Part shown: piece by piece, positions 39,012 through 50,594 of the stretch
How positions within the stretch are numbered: the first letter of the stretch is position 1
Layout: the number at the start of each line of letters is the position of its first letter
DNA from: an uncultured Verrucomicrobiae bacterium
GTDB taxonomy: Bacteria > Verrucomicrobiota > Verrucomicrobiia > Chthoniobacterales > JAFAMB01
Reading direction: 5' to 3'
Length of the DNA: 64,000 nt
NCBI GenBank assembly: GCA_963813025.1
Contig: CAWEXO010000011.1
Span: forward strand, 704,001-768,000
Notes under the pieces: generated by a model
What the model was told of the DNA's origin: nothing
The model's input: the letters and a program-made list of their open reading frames with translations, nothing else
Databases searched by the model: none
Position numbers and translations under genes: made by a program

Positions 39012-39863
39012 TCATAGCGAAACCACTTGCACAGAGACCTCCATATGATCAAAAGCGTCCGACGCGCCGGACCAAGTGCCGGAGAGTGGGGAAGCCTTCT
39101 CATGATCGCGAGCGACCGCTACCGAAACGTGTTCGGAACTGGCGAGCTTGTTATTCGTGGGATCAAATCCGCGCCAGCCTGCGCCTGGTATGTAAATCTC
39201 CGTCCAGGCGTGGGTTGCGCCGTGCTGACCTTCGCCCAGGATGATGTAGCCGGTTACAAATCGCGCGCCAAAGCCCCAGTGCCGCGCGGCCTCCATCATG
39301 AGCACGGCATAGTCGCGGCAGGACCCGGTGCCTAAAGCGAGCGTCGCGCAGGGCAGCTGTACGCCGGCTTCCTCGCGGCGAGCATATTTAAAGGATTCGT
39401 AAATACGCGTGTTCAATCTGTCGAGTAGCACATGGGTCTCGACGATCTGGCCGGGGCGGTAGAGGTCCAACAGCCATTCTTGCAGCGCCGGCCCGTCGTA
39501 GGGGTAACTCGGGAGGCGGTATTGGATGAGTTCCACCTGTTCGTTTGGTGCGTATTGGAACGGATAGGAGCGGGCGCTGGGTTCGATGACGCAATCGATT
39601 GGTTCATCATTGTACAAATCCACATTGACTTCACTCCGCAGGCTCAGTTTCTGCCCCGGCTCCGTGAATTTGATGATAGTGATTGAATTTCCGTAAACAT
39701 CACGCAACCAGCGCACGCTGGCCTTTGGATAAACGTCAAGAGATCCACTCGAGATGTGGAGATCATGCCCTTCTCGCGGCCGCAGGAGCGCATGGTGGGG
39801 ACCGAAGGTAACGGGCTTGTGGTAATAATAGTCGCTGTCGTGTGTAATGCGGATTCTTTGCAT
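39012..39863 (-). CDS. Transglutaminase-like family protein
   Basis: GSCRDYA, ARFVTGY, HAWTEIY, GFDPTN (Cys-His-Asp triad). Confidence 0.92.
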   Translation of the reverse strand: MQRIRITHDSDYYYHKPVTFGPHHALLRPREGHDLHISSGSLDVYPKASVRWLRDVYGNSITIIKFTEPGQKLSLRSEVNVDLYNDEPIDCVIEPSARSYPFQYAPNEQVELIQYRLPSYPYDGPALQEWLLDLYRPGQIVETHVLLDRLNTRIYESFKYARREEAGVQLPCATLALGTGSCRDYAVLMMEAARHWGFGARFVTGYIILGEGQHGATHAWTEIYIPGAGWRGFDPTNNKLASSEHVSVAVARDHEKASPLSGTWSGASDAFDHMEVSVQVVSL

Positions 39864-39887
39864 AGGGAGAGGATTAATGACAATCAG

Positions 39888-40871
39888 TTAAAAAGCGGCA
39901 GGCTGCGAAGCGAAGAGATTCAGTCCCAGCTGTTGGGAAAGGAACTCGGCTGTGAGCCGGCCTTTGACGCTATTTCCGAAGTTGTCGAGCGGAGGGGCAA
40001 AAGCGCCCAGTCCACCCTTACCCGGAGAGCTGGCCACCGTTCCGCCACTGACCCCGCTTTTGCCGGGTAAGCCTGTATCGTAAAGCCAGTCGCCGGAGCT
40101 TTCGTAGAGCCCGGCGGTTACCATAACGGCAAGGACGTGCTGGCAATGGATGGCATCGATGATCCGCTCTTTGGTCTGCGGGTGCACGCCTCCATTGGCC
40201 AAGGTGGCGGCCATGACCGCGATATCCTTGGCTGTCACATTCAGCGAGCATTGCCTGGTATAAATGTCGGTCGCCTGGAGAGGATCGAAATAGATCCGGC
40301 CATAGGTTTCGAGCAGTTTGGCGGTTGCCTCGTTTCGCTGGTTGGCAGATGCCTCGGATTGATACACTTCCTCGTTGAGAGCGAGATCTCTCCCGGCAAA
40401 GCGGGACAATCCCTCCTGAATAAACTGCCACTTGGCATCGGCATTCGCTCCTAGTGCGAGACTCGCAGCCGCGATCGCGCCGGCGTTCACCATTGGGTTT
40501 GTCCTCCCTTCGCCCGCCCGCTCGATCGCTTTCATCGAATTAAAGGGCAGCCCGGTGCTGTTTACGCCGAGCTTCTCGCGCGCCTGCTCTTCGCCAAGCA
40601 ATTGACAAATCAAAGCGAACACAAACGGCTTCGATACGCTCTGGATCGTGAACTCGACGTCCGTGTCCCCCGCGGCGTAGACGGTGCCTGAAGTTCCGAC
40701 CACACATACTCCGAATAGGTCGCCCGGGACCTTGGCGAGTGCCGGTATGTAATCGGCGTTCTTCCCTTCTTTGACAGATTTGAAACGCTGATGCGCCTCC
40801 GCCACCAACTCGCTGACCCGCTGGGCAGAGGACAAATGACCGGTCGAAACCGACAATGAATCGGTCAGCAT
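39888..40871 (-). CDS. glsA: Glutaminase A
   Basis: ADYIPALA, FTIQSVSKPF, NPMVNAGAI, GKSGVSGG, GNSVKG. Confidence 0.95.
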   Translation of the reverse strand: MLTDSLSVSTGHLSSAQRVSELVAEAHQRFKSVKEGKNADYIPALAKVPGDLFGVCVVGTSGTVYAAGDTDVEFTIQSVSKPFVFALICQLLGEEQAREKLGVNSTGLPFNSMKAIERAGEGRTNPMVNAGAIAAASLALGANADAKWQFIQEGLSRFAGRDLALNEEVYQSEASANQRNEATAKLLETYGRIYFDPLQATDIYTRQCSLNVTAKDIAVMAATLANGGVHPQTKERIIDAIHCQHVLAVMVTAGLYESSGDWLYDTGLPGKSGVSGGTVASSPGKGGLGAFAPPLDNFGNSVKGRLTAEFLSQQLGLNLFASQPAAF

Positions 40872-40964
40872 GACAAGGAACCTTAACCTACCGGTTTCAG
40901 GAGTCGAGCGGCGAGTAGCTGCGGGTTGGAGTGCCGGTGCCAGTGCTAGTGCTAGTGCTAGTGC

Positions 40965-42092
40965 TAGTACTTAGTTGCTTTAGTTCTTTATATTTATGAA
41001 AAATTATGATTTGTTGGATGGATGGCAACGGGTTGCATCAAACTTTCTGTGGAAAACCGCAAGCTCTTGGAGGGTTGGAGTCGAGCGCAACGGGTCGAAC
41101 ACCGGCTCAAGGTCAGGAGTCAGATTATCTTGAAGGCGGCAGCGGGCTTGAGTGGACGTGCGATTGCCAAGAGCCTGCGCATTCCCGAGGTGACGGTGAG
41201 TAAATGGCGGCGGCGCTTTGTGCGCCAAGGCCTGGCTGGCTTGGAAGACGCGCCACGCAGTGGAAAGCCGGCCAAGTATGATCAAATGACGGTCAAGCGG
41301 GTCTTGGCGCTGCTGGATGAAGATCCACCGGCGGGCTACGGGCGCTGGAATGGGCGACTGCTGGCGCAGAGTCTGGCCGATGTTTCCTCCGATCAAGTCT
41401 GGCGCATTTTGCGCCAACAAGGCATTGAATTGGAACGGCGCCGCAGCTGGTGCATTTCCACCGATCCGGAGTTTGTGCGCAAGGCCGCTGACATTGTCGG
41501 TCTTTATCTCAATCCGCCCCAGAATGCGCTCATCTTGGCCATTGATGAAAAACCAGCCATTCAAGCCCTGGAAAGAGCCCAAGGTTGGATTCGCTTGCCC
41601 AATGGCAGGGCGCTGACGGGTTTTAGCCACGAGTACAAGCGCCATGGCACCTCCACTCTCTTTGCCGCCCTCAACATTGCCAGCGGCCAAGTGCAGGCTG
41701 GTCATTACCGGCGCCAGCGCCGACGGGAATTCCTGGAGTTTATGAACCAGGTAGTTGCCGGAAATCTCGACAAAGAAATTCATGTGGTCTTAGACAACCT
41801 TGCGACCCATAAGCCAAAGCAAGATCGCTGGTTGAAGGCTCACCCCAATGTGCATTTTCATTTCACTCCAACCCACGCTTCTTGGCTCAACCAGATTGAG
41901 ATCTGGTTTAGTATCTTGAGCCGCCAAGCCCTCCAGGGGGCAAACTTCACCAGCGTGGCAGAGCTGCGCAACGCCATCGACACCTTCATCAAGAACTACA
42001 ATAACAATGCGGCTCCCTTCGAATGGACCAAATCCCAGGTACATCAGGGGAAAGTCGCCATACATATAACTAACTTACGCAATTAGGCACTA
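40965..42092 (+). mobile_element. IS630 family element
   Basis: IRs ctagtacttagttgctttagtt / aacttacgcaattaggcactag; CTAG at both ends. Confidence 0.9.
41022..42086 (+). CDS. IS630 family transposase
   Basis: AIDEKPAIQAL, EYKRHGT, VLDNLATHK, HASWLNQIEIWF. Confidence 0.95.
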   Translation: MATGCIKLSVENRKLLEGWSRAQRVEHRLKVRSQIILKAAAGLSGRAIAKSLRIPEVTVSKWRRRFVRQGLAGLEDAPRSGKPAKYDQMTVKRVLALLDEDPPAGYGRWNGRLLAQSLADVSSDQVWRILRQQGIELERRRSWCISTDPEFVRKAADIVGLYLNPPQNALILAIDEKPAIQALERAQGWIRLPNGRALTGFSHEYKRHGTSTLFAALNIASGQVQAGHYRRQRRREFLEFMNQVVAGNLDKEIHVVLDNLATHKPKQDRWLKAHPNVHFHFTPTHASWLNQIEIWFSILSRQALQGANFTSVAELRNAIDTFIKNYNNNAAPFEWTKSQVHQGKVAIHITNLRN

Positions 42093-42285
42093 GTGTCAGT
42101 GCCAGTGCTAGTTGCGAGCGATCGGACCACATTGAAGCTATTGCGACTCATACGAGATGTGGAAAGCCTTTGCGCCGTGGGTCGCTGGCACTGGCACTGA
42201 CCCATTTGCCGATGCGGAGATCGCCGTTGAAACATAATACCGGTCAGTTAGCGTGACCCGCGATGATCCATTTGATAAATCGCCC

Positions 42286-43157
42286 ATGAAGCACGTCGTC
42301 ATCACCGGCGTTTCGTCCGGCATCGGATATGCCTGTTCCAAGGTCCTGCTCGACCACGGGTTCCGCGTTTGGGAGTGTGCGCACGCAGAAGGATGCCGAC
42401 CGGGTACAGCGCGAGTTTGGGCAGAATTTTTCTCCGCTCCTCTTTGACGTGACCGATCAAGCAGCAGTGGAATCTGCCATGGCGAAGGTCGCGGAGCACC
42501 TGTCGACGAACACACTGGATGGCTTGGTGAACAACGCGGGAATCGAGGTAGCCGGCCCCCTGGCTTCTCTGTCCGCGGAGGAGTTTCGTCATCAGCTGGA
42601 GGTGAACCTGGTCGGGCCCTTTATCGTTACGAAAGCATTCTTACCGCTTCTAGGCGCGGATCCGGCCCGCCGAGGACCGCCCGGGCGAATCGTGAATATC
42701 AGCTCCGCCGGCGGCAAAATCGCCGGTCCTTTTACCGGCGCTTATTCCGCGTCCAAATTTGGATTAGAAGGTTTCTCGGAAAGCTTGCGGCGCGAATTGA
42801 TCCGGTTTGGCATTGACGTGATCATCATCGGTCCCGGCGCGGTCGTGACTCCGATCTGGCAAAAGTCCGACCAGGGGGTCACTGAGCGATTTCGTGACAC
42901 TCCTTTTGCCGAGGCCTTGAGCAAGTTTGAGCGCTATGCCTTGCAGGAGGGTGCCAAGGGCCTTCCCGCCGGAGACAATTGGAAAATCGGTCTGGCGTGC
43001 TCTGGTAGCGCCCCGACCAAAGGTGCGTTATGCCGTTATTCCGAATCGCCTCACCAACTGGACCATTCCGCGATTGCTGCCCCCAAGACTCCTCGATAAG
43101 CTGGTGGCCGGCTTCATGGGAATCAAAAGGCGCGGAGGAATCCGCGAGACGAATTAG
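42286..43157 (+). CDS. SDR family oxidoreductase (two frameshifts, near 42370 and 42975)
   Basis: ITGVSSGIG, LVNNAG, YSASK, PKVRY spread over three frames. Confidence 0.85.
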
Positions 43158-43172
43158 CAAATTAATTAAGCC

Positions 43173-44417
43173 ATGCAAGACACAAGGCGTTCCACCCTGC
43201 CGGCTTTATTTGCCCTGCTGCTGGGTTTCGGACTCATGCAGATGGGAAATACCTTGCAGGGCACGCTCCTGAGTATTCGGGGCGGAATCGAGAGTTTCTC
43301 TCCAGCGCAGATCGGTGCGGTCGGGGCAGGCTTCTGGATTGGTATCGTCGTCGGCTCGCTCCGTTGTGGAAGAATCATTCGAAATGTTGGCCACATTCGG
43401 AGCTTCCTGGCTCTGGGAGCGATCGCCTCGAGCGTGCCGCTCCTTCACTTGCTGATCCTCAATCCGGTTGCGTGGATCGTCGCTCGTTGTCTAACCGGTT
43501 TTTGCTTTGCCGGGCTGTTTATCGTCGTGGAGAGCTGGCTCAACAGCGCAGCGACCGCCGACACACGGGGTCAAATCCTTAGCGTTTACGCGATGACCGG
43601 ACTATCGGCGGGGGTCTTGGGACAACTTCTTCTTCCAGCGACTGATCCGGCGGGCTTCAGGCCATTCTGTCTGACCTCGATCATTATTGCTTTTGCCCTG
43701 GTGCCGATTGCTTTGACTCGAGCTACAGCACCGACGCCAGGCGAGCATGCCCGGATCGACCTGCGAGTGCTCTATCGACAATCGCCCTTTGCGCTCATCG
43801 CCGCGCCTCTTTGTGGAATAACGACAAGTGCGTTCTTCGTCCTCGGCCCGATCGTGGCTCAACGGCGGGGGCTGGATACGGGCGGAGTTGCGGCATTCAT
43901 GGCGAGCGGTACCCTCGGACCATTTGTGATGGCTTGGCCGGTCGGCTGGCTCTCGGATCGCCTCGACCGGCGCGTTGTGGTCATTGGGGCCGCGATCACT
44001 GCGGCAGCGACGCTCTTTGTGATGAAGCAGCTGGTACCGGAGGACGCGACGCGTTGGGTGCTTTACCTCTGCGCCGGCCTGTTCGGCGGAACGATCGTAC
44101 CGGCCTACAGCGTTGTCATGGCGCATATGAACGACTCTGTTGACCCAGGCGAATTCGTCGTCGCATCGGGCGGGCTCCTGATTATGCAGGGACTCGGTGC
44201 GACGGTTGGACCGATCATTGCCGGCTTTGCCATGGAAGCTTCGCCACAAGGCCTGGCCTATATGCTCATCGCGACGCAGCTCTTGCTGGCCACATGGGGA
44301 ATCTACCGCACGACTCGCCGGGCCGCTCCGCCCCAGACGCAGAAAGGGGCTTTCCTGGTTGAGCCGGCTGTTCCCGTGGGTACCGCGTTCGAGGCGGCCC
44401 ACTTCGGAAACCGTTAG
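43173..44417 (+). CDS. MFS transporter (YcaD-like)
   Basis: VGHIRSF, VVESWLN, GWLSDRLDRR; about 12 TM helices. Confidence 0.9.
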   Translation: MQDTRRSTLPALFALLLGFGLMQMGNTLQGTLLSIRGGIESFSPAQIGAVGAGFWIGIVVGSLRCGRIIRNVGHIRSFLALGAIASSVPLLHLLILNPVAWIVARCLTGFCFAGLFIVVESWLNSAATADTRGQILSVYAMTGLSAGVLGQLLLPATDPAGFRPFCLTSIIIAFALVPIALTRATAPTPGEHARIDLRVLYRQSPFALIAAPLCGITTSAFFVLGPIVAQRRGLDTGGVAAFMASGTLGPFVMAWPVGWLSDRLDRRVVVIGAAITAAATLFVMKQLVPEDATRWVLYLCAGLFGGTIVPAYSVVMAHMNDSVDPGEFVVASGGLLIMQGLGATVGPIIAGFAMEASPQGLAYMLIATQLLLATWGIYRTTRRAAPPQTQKGAFLVEPAVPVGTAFEAAHFGNR

Positions 44418-44902
44418 AATAGAACGTGCATGGGAGGTAGCGCGGACCGTCTCGGGTCTGTCGGACTTTGGACAGTGCGGCATTCTGAGACGATCTCCAG
44501 CGCTAGCGCGATCAATCGCTTGATGGTTTACTAACGATTTTCCGGGGGCGCGGTTAATTGGGGACAGGTCACGTTGGTAGCGCGGACGGCCTCGTCCGAA
44601 ACTCTCGTTCGCGTGCCAGTACATCGCGCAGATCCCTTTGATAGATGCGTTGGAGTGAGACGTACTGCTTGTGGGTCACGTCCGGATACGGACGAGGCCG
44701 TCCGCGCTACGAGACATACCAATGTGAGTCGGCATTCCAGATGACGCTGCACTCCTCTGACGCTTTTCCCGGACTTGACACACACCTTGAACGGCCCGTA
44801 TATCCGGTCGGTCCCCACCAAAAAGGAAAGCCGGCGAGCGAGGCTCAGGCGAGTTTTTCAGAAAATGTCAGTACAGATGCGGCGAACTGTAGGCCTGTTT
44901 TT

Positions 44903-46007
44903 GTGAGAGAATCCAAACGAAGGGACGACCGCGATCGTTGTTGGCTGGCGTTGCTGCTGGCAGGGACAGTAGCCCTGATAGCCGGTTGTCAGCGAGAAAA
45001 CAAAGTCAGCGCTCCCGAGGTGCGTCCGGTCCGAACCATCGTCGCGGAGAAAGGGAATGCCGGCGAGACGCTCACTTTGACCGGGCATATCGAGGCCGAG
45101 AACGAGGCGACACTTGGCTTTCGGATCGGGGGACGAGTGATCGAGCGCAATGTCAATGTAGGCGATCGGGTGGAACCCGGGCAGGTTCTGGCCAAGCTGG
45201 ATCCCACCACCGAGCTGAGCGCGTTACAGTCGGCGGAGGCGGGCCTTGCGGCTGCGCGCGCTTCCCTGACCCAGGCGCGGAACAACTTCGATCGGCAGCG
45301 ACAGCTTTTTCAACGAGGCATCATCAGCCGCGCCGAACAGGATCGGGCGCAAGAGGCTCTGGATGTTAGCTCAGGCTCAAGTTGAAAATGCTCTCGGCCA
45401 GCTCGCCATTTCCCAGGAACGGGTCGGCTTTACTGAATTGAAAGCCGATGCACCCGGCACGGTTACGGCTCGGGGAGCGGAACCGGGAGAAGTCGTTCAG
45501 GCGGGGCAAATGATCGTCCGAATCGCTCGCCAGGAGGGGCGCGATGCGGTGTTTGATGTGCCGGCCCAAGTCCTGCGTTCCGTGCCGAACAACGCGGAGA
45601 TTAACGTGCGACTGGTCGAGGATCCCAAAGTGATGGCCCAAGGGCGGGTGCGCGAGGTGGGTGAACAAGCCGATCCGGTTACGAGAACGTTTCAGGTCAA
45701 AATCGGGCTAATCAATCCGCCGCCCGAGATGCGTCTGGGCTCGACGGTGAATGGGAGCACGCAACTGGCCTCGGTTCCGGCCGTTGCGCTGCCTGCCTCG
45801 GCGCTTACCCGGCAGGCCGTACGGTCCGCTGTCTGGGTGGTTGATCCTGCAACGCACCTGGTGTCTCTGCGCGACGTCGAGATCGCTAATTTCTTTCCGG
45901 ATACGGTGATCGTCACCAACGGCCTGGAGAATGGTGATATCGTCGTGACGGCAGGAGTCCAGGCACTTCACCCCGGACAAAAGGTTCGCCTCCTCGAATC
46001 AACCTGA
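44903..46007 (+). CDS. RND efflux periplasmic adaptor (frameshift near 45370)
   Basis: Lipobox IAGC; LGFRIGGRV, ADPVTRTF, GDIVVTAG; start approximate. Confidence 0.88.
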
Positions 46008-46013
46008 TCAATA

Positions 46014-49000
46014 ATGAATCTCTCGGACTGGGCGCTTAAGCACCGATCCTTCGTTATCTATCTCATGGCGGCTGCGGTCGTGGCCGGCGTGTTTTCCTAT
46101 CTCCGACTCGGGCGTAGCGAGGACCCGGCGTTTGTTATAAAGACAATGGTCGTCGGCGCCGGCTGGCCGGGCGCCACACTGGACGAGACCCTCCAGCAAG
46201 TCACCGAACGACTTGAGCGCAAACTGCAGGAGACGCCGAATATTGATTTTGTCCGGAGCTTTACTCGCGCTGGACAAACGACCATCTTTGTCAACCTCCA
46301 GCAATCCACCACCGCGAAGGAAGTGCCGGACATCTGGTATCACGTTCGGAAGAGTATTGGGGATATCGAACATACGTTGCCGCCTGGAGTGGTTGGCCCC
46401 TTCTTCGATGACGAGTTCGGAGAGACGTATGGAATCATCTACGGTTTTAACGCGGACGGATTTACCCACCGCGAGGTGCGCGACTACGTCGAAGATATTC
46501 GCTCGCGGCTGTTGCACGTGCCGGATGTCTTGAAAGTCGAAGTTCTCGGGGCGCAAGAGGAGAAAGTTTTCGTTGAATTTTCAGTCCAGCAATTGGCGCG
46601 ACTCGGGATCGATCGAGCCGCGCTCATCTCCGCTTTGCAAGCGCAGAATGCTGTTATTCCCTCCGGCACGATTCAGACCGGGAACGAGAGACTATTGCTG
46701 CGCGTATCTGGCGCATTCGAGTCAGAGGCCAGTCTTTTGGCGGTCAACTTCGTTTCCAATGGGCGGTATGATTCGTTTGCGCGATATCGCGACCGTGCGC
46801 CGGGAGTACTCTGATCCTCCACAGCCGCTCTTTCGGGTAAACGGACAACCGAGCATCGGCCTGGCGATTGCGATGAGGGAGGGCGGCGATATTCTTGCGG
46901 TCGGCAGGAACGTTCGGCATCTGATGCGGGATGTTGAGGCTAATCTTCCCATCGGGATCCAACCCGTTCTGGTTGCCGATCAACCCGAGGTGGTCGACCA
47001 CGCGATCAGTGCTTTCACCGAGTCACTCTGGCAGGCGATAGTTATCATCTTGATTATAAGTTTTATTGCCCTTGGCGTTCGAGCCGGAACGATCATCGCA
47101 CTTTCGATACCGCTGACGCTCGCCCTTGTTTTGCCAGTGATGCAGGTGGCCGAGATCGATCTACAGCGAATCTCGCTGGGCGCGCTGATCATTGCGTTGA
47201 GTCTGCTGGTCGACAACGCGATGACCACCATCGATTCGATAAGCTCCCGTCTGACGGCCGGTGACGCCAAAGAGAAGGCGGCAACCTATGCCTATGACAC
47301 GCTGGCCATCCCGATGCTGACCGGGACGTTCATAACGGCGGCGGCTTTTGTTCCAATCGGTTTCGCGGCTAGCGGCGCCGGTGAGTACACCTTTTCCATT
47401 TTTGCGGTCGTCAGCATCGCTCTCCTTGTCTCCTGGTTTGTTGCCGTCCTGTTTTCGCCGTTGCTCGGGATAGCTCTCCTCAAGAAGCCCAAACCCTCCA
47501 AGTCCGGTAAGCCCAACGTAGTCTTGCGAGTGTTTCGCGGCCTGCTTGTCGGGGCGATGCGGTTTCGCTGGATCACCGTGGCGGTTACCGTTGCCTGTCT
47601 GGTCTTATCTGTCCTGGCGCTGCCGTTGGTGCCAAGGGAATTTTTTCCGGCCTCGGATCGTCCGGAGTTGCTGGTTGATATCAGGCTGCCGCAGAATGCC
47701 TCGATCTACGCGAGCGAGGCGCAGGTGAAGCGGCTGGACGGTCTTTTGAGAGGAGATCCGGATGTTCAGAGCTGGAGCAGTTATGTCGGACGGGGAGCGA
47801 TTCGGTTCTATCTGCCGCTTAACGTGGAGCTGGCGAACGATTTTTTCTCTCAGACCGTAGTGATCGCAAAAAACCTGGCGGGGCGCGAGCGCTTGCAGAA
47901 AAAGCTTGAGACTGAGCTGGCGGAACAGTTTCCCAGCGCAGTGTCGCGGGTTTCGACTTTGGGTTTGGGACCTCCGGTCGGCTGGCCGGTGCAGTATCGC
48001 GTGAGCGGTCCGGACCTCGGCCAGGTGCGGACGTTTGCTCTGCAACTCGCAGCCGTTATCGCCAAGAACCCGGGGCTCAGGCACGTGAATTTCGACTGGA
48101 TGGAACCGGCGCGCATGCTTCGGATCCGAGTCGACCAGGACCAGGCGCGACTGCTCGGTCTCAGCTCGCAAGCGATTGGGAGCGCGCTTAACGCCGTCGT
48201 TACCGGAACCCCGGTCACGCAGATACGCGATGGCATCTACCTGATCGATGTGATTGCCCGGGCGAACGATGAGCAGCGAGTTTCGCTCGCGACACTCAGC
48301 AATTTGCAGGTGCCCGTGCCGGGTGGACGCACCGTTCCCTTGAGTCAGTTTGCCAGGTTCGATTTCGCCCAGGAATACCCGTTGGTTTGGCGCCGCGACC
48401 GAGTCCCAACCCTGACGGTGCAGGCTGACTCCGTGCCTGGTGGACTGCCCGAGACCGCGGTGTCAGCTCTTGCCCCCGAGGTCGATAAACTGAACGCAAG
48501 TCTGCCGCCGCCTTACCGGATCGAGACTGGGGGGGTAGTGGAGGAGAGCGCGAAATCCCAGGCTTCTGTTGCCGCTGTGGTTCCGGTAACCTTGTTGTTG
48601 ATTATCACCTTGCTCATGATGCAATTGCACAGCTTCAATCGCATGCTCCTGGTGCTGGCGGTTGTCCCAATGGCGTTTATCGGCGTGGTTGGCGCCTTGC
48701 TCATCTTCCAAAAGCCGCTTGGCTTTGTTGCTATTCTGGGCATTCTGGCCCTCATCGGAATGGTTGCTCGCAATGCAGTTATTCTTATCGAGGAGGTCGA
48801 GGCGCAGCGCAGAGTTGGGGTGGACGCTTGGAATGCGGTCATCCAAGCATCTTTATCTCGCTTTCGTCCTATTGTGCTCACCGCTATATCGACGGTTTTG
48901 GGAATGATTCCGATTGCCGTTACCATCTTCTGGGGTCCGATGGCGTTTGCGATTATGGGCGGTTTGCTGGTAGGTACGATCCTCACCTTGATTTTTCTGC

Positions 49001-49080
49001 CCGCGCTGTACGTCGCCTGGTTCCGGGTCAAAGAACCTCGTACGCGTGAAGGAGTCCTGGCGCCGGCAACCGGAACCTGA
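46014..49080 (+). CDS. RND efflux permease (frameshift near 46762)
   Basis: MNLSDWAL, LGRSEDP, LIIALSLLVDNA, RFRPIVLTA. Confidence 0.92.
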
Positions 49081-49205
49081 ACGGTTCGTGCCCTGGAGCA
49101 GCAGAACTCTCTGGCGTAGCCGGAGCGACCGCCTGCATCACTCCCAAATCCCTGAGGATTTGCAAGCGGCGCAGGCTTATGTTCAAAACATTTTTTGCTG
49201 GCGCT

Positions 49206-50416
49206 ATGATCAACAACATTCAGGTACCCGGGTTTCTCACCGCGACAATTGCCATCATTGTGTTTTTCGTGGGTGTCGGCCTCAATCACGCGATCGCGCC
49301 GCTCCGGCGCTGGAACATTCCGGAAGCGGTGACCGGCGGCCTGCTTGCGGCGATCGTGACCCTGATCGCATACCGGTTTTTGGGTGTAGCGATTACGTTC
49401 GATCTTGGTGCCCGTGATTTGCTGTTACTCTATTTCTTTACCGGCATCGGCCTCAACGCTCGAGCTCAGCGATCTCCTTACCGGAGGACGTCCCTTTCTC
49501 GTTCTGCTGACCCTCACGGTCGTCTTCCTGATACTGCAGAACCTGATCGCAGCCGGCAGTGTTGCCGCGCTCGGTCTTCCGAAAGGGATCACTGTGCTAC
49601 TGGGTTCTGCCTCGTTGATTGGCGGACACGGCACCACCATCGCTTGGGCGCCCCTCATCCAGCAACGTTTCGGATTGGTGAACGCCATGGAGGTCGGGGT
49701 AGCCGCGGCGACGCTTGGGTTGGTAATCGCCAGCGTCGTAGGCGGGCCGGTCGCGGGGTTTCTGATCTTACGTCATGGGCTCAGAGGACCGATCGACGAG
49801 TCGCCGGTGGTCGGACTGCCGGACGTTCCCGATGCACCAGGGAATGACGACCTGAACCATATCAGCCTCCTGCGGACATTTCTGGTTCTCAACGTGGCGA
49901 TACTCCTTGGTTTCGTCGTCGATGAAGTTGTGGCGCAGCACTGGTATAAAGCTGCCTCTCTTCGTCGCTTGCATGATCGTGGCGATTATCCTCACCAATA
50001 CCATTCCGCGCTTGTTACCGCGTCTGCGCTGGCCTTCACGGAGCCCGGATCTGGCGCTCATCTCCGATCTTTCCCTGAACATTTTCCTGGCCATGTCGTT
50101 GATGAGCCTGCAGCTGTGGACGCTTGGTGGACTTGGCCCAGCGCTTGTGGTGGTCCTGGCCATCCAGACGGTAGCCACGGTCGCCTACATTGTGTTTGTC
50201 GTTTTCCCGGCAATGGGTCGCGATTACCTGGCAGCGGTGATTGCCGCCGGGTTCAGCGGCATCAGCCTCGGCGCGACACCGACCGCCATCGCCAACATGA
50301 CGGCGGTCAAGAAGGTCTATGGCGCGGCTCCGACAGCGTTCATCATCCTTCCCCTGGTGTCCGCCTTCTTCATCGACCTCGTCAATGCCTTGGTCATCGG
50401 CTTCTTCGTGCGCTGA
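49206..50416 (+). CDS. gltS: Sodium/glutamate symporter (two frameshifts)
   Basis: NIPEAVTGG, GGHGT, GATPTAIANM, LPLVSAFFIDLVNA. Confidence 0.9.
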
Positions 50417-50594
50417 CCGATGAACGTCTTGGAGTGCGCGCGAACTTGTCGCCGCTTTAGGACCGCGCGGAGCGCGGCTTAGGCCGAGGACGGAACAGCA
50501 AAGCGCCGGTTTCGGGCGAGAAGAGCCCCATACCCGCGCTCCGCGCAGATCTCAAAGCGGCGACAAGTCGCGCGCACTCCAAGACGCTCATCGG
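50417..50594. repeat. Long palindromic REPIN-like repeat between convergent genes
   Basis: ccgatgaacgtcttggagtgcgcgcgaacttgtcgccgcttt versus aaagcggcgacaagtcgcgcgcactccaagacgctcatcgg. Confidence 0.85.

Larger units (their letters stand above)
40928..42201. repeat. Third hexamer-arm miniature element, left arm interrupted by IS630
   Basis: ggagtgccggtgccagtgcta(gtgcta)3 - IS - gtgtcagtgccagtgctag ... ctggcactggcactgac. Confidence 0.65.

Noticed and set aside
43602..44624. Long antisense ORFs (also 3146-3883, 48513-49289, 61324-62328)
   Set aside because: Shadows of well-supported genes in GC-rich DNA, with no motifs
44903..49080. RND pump as the dedicated RiPP exporter
   Set aside because: Opposite strand, separated by gltS and a large hairpin; no evidence of linkage
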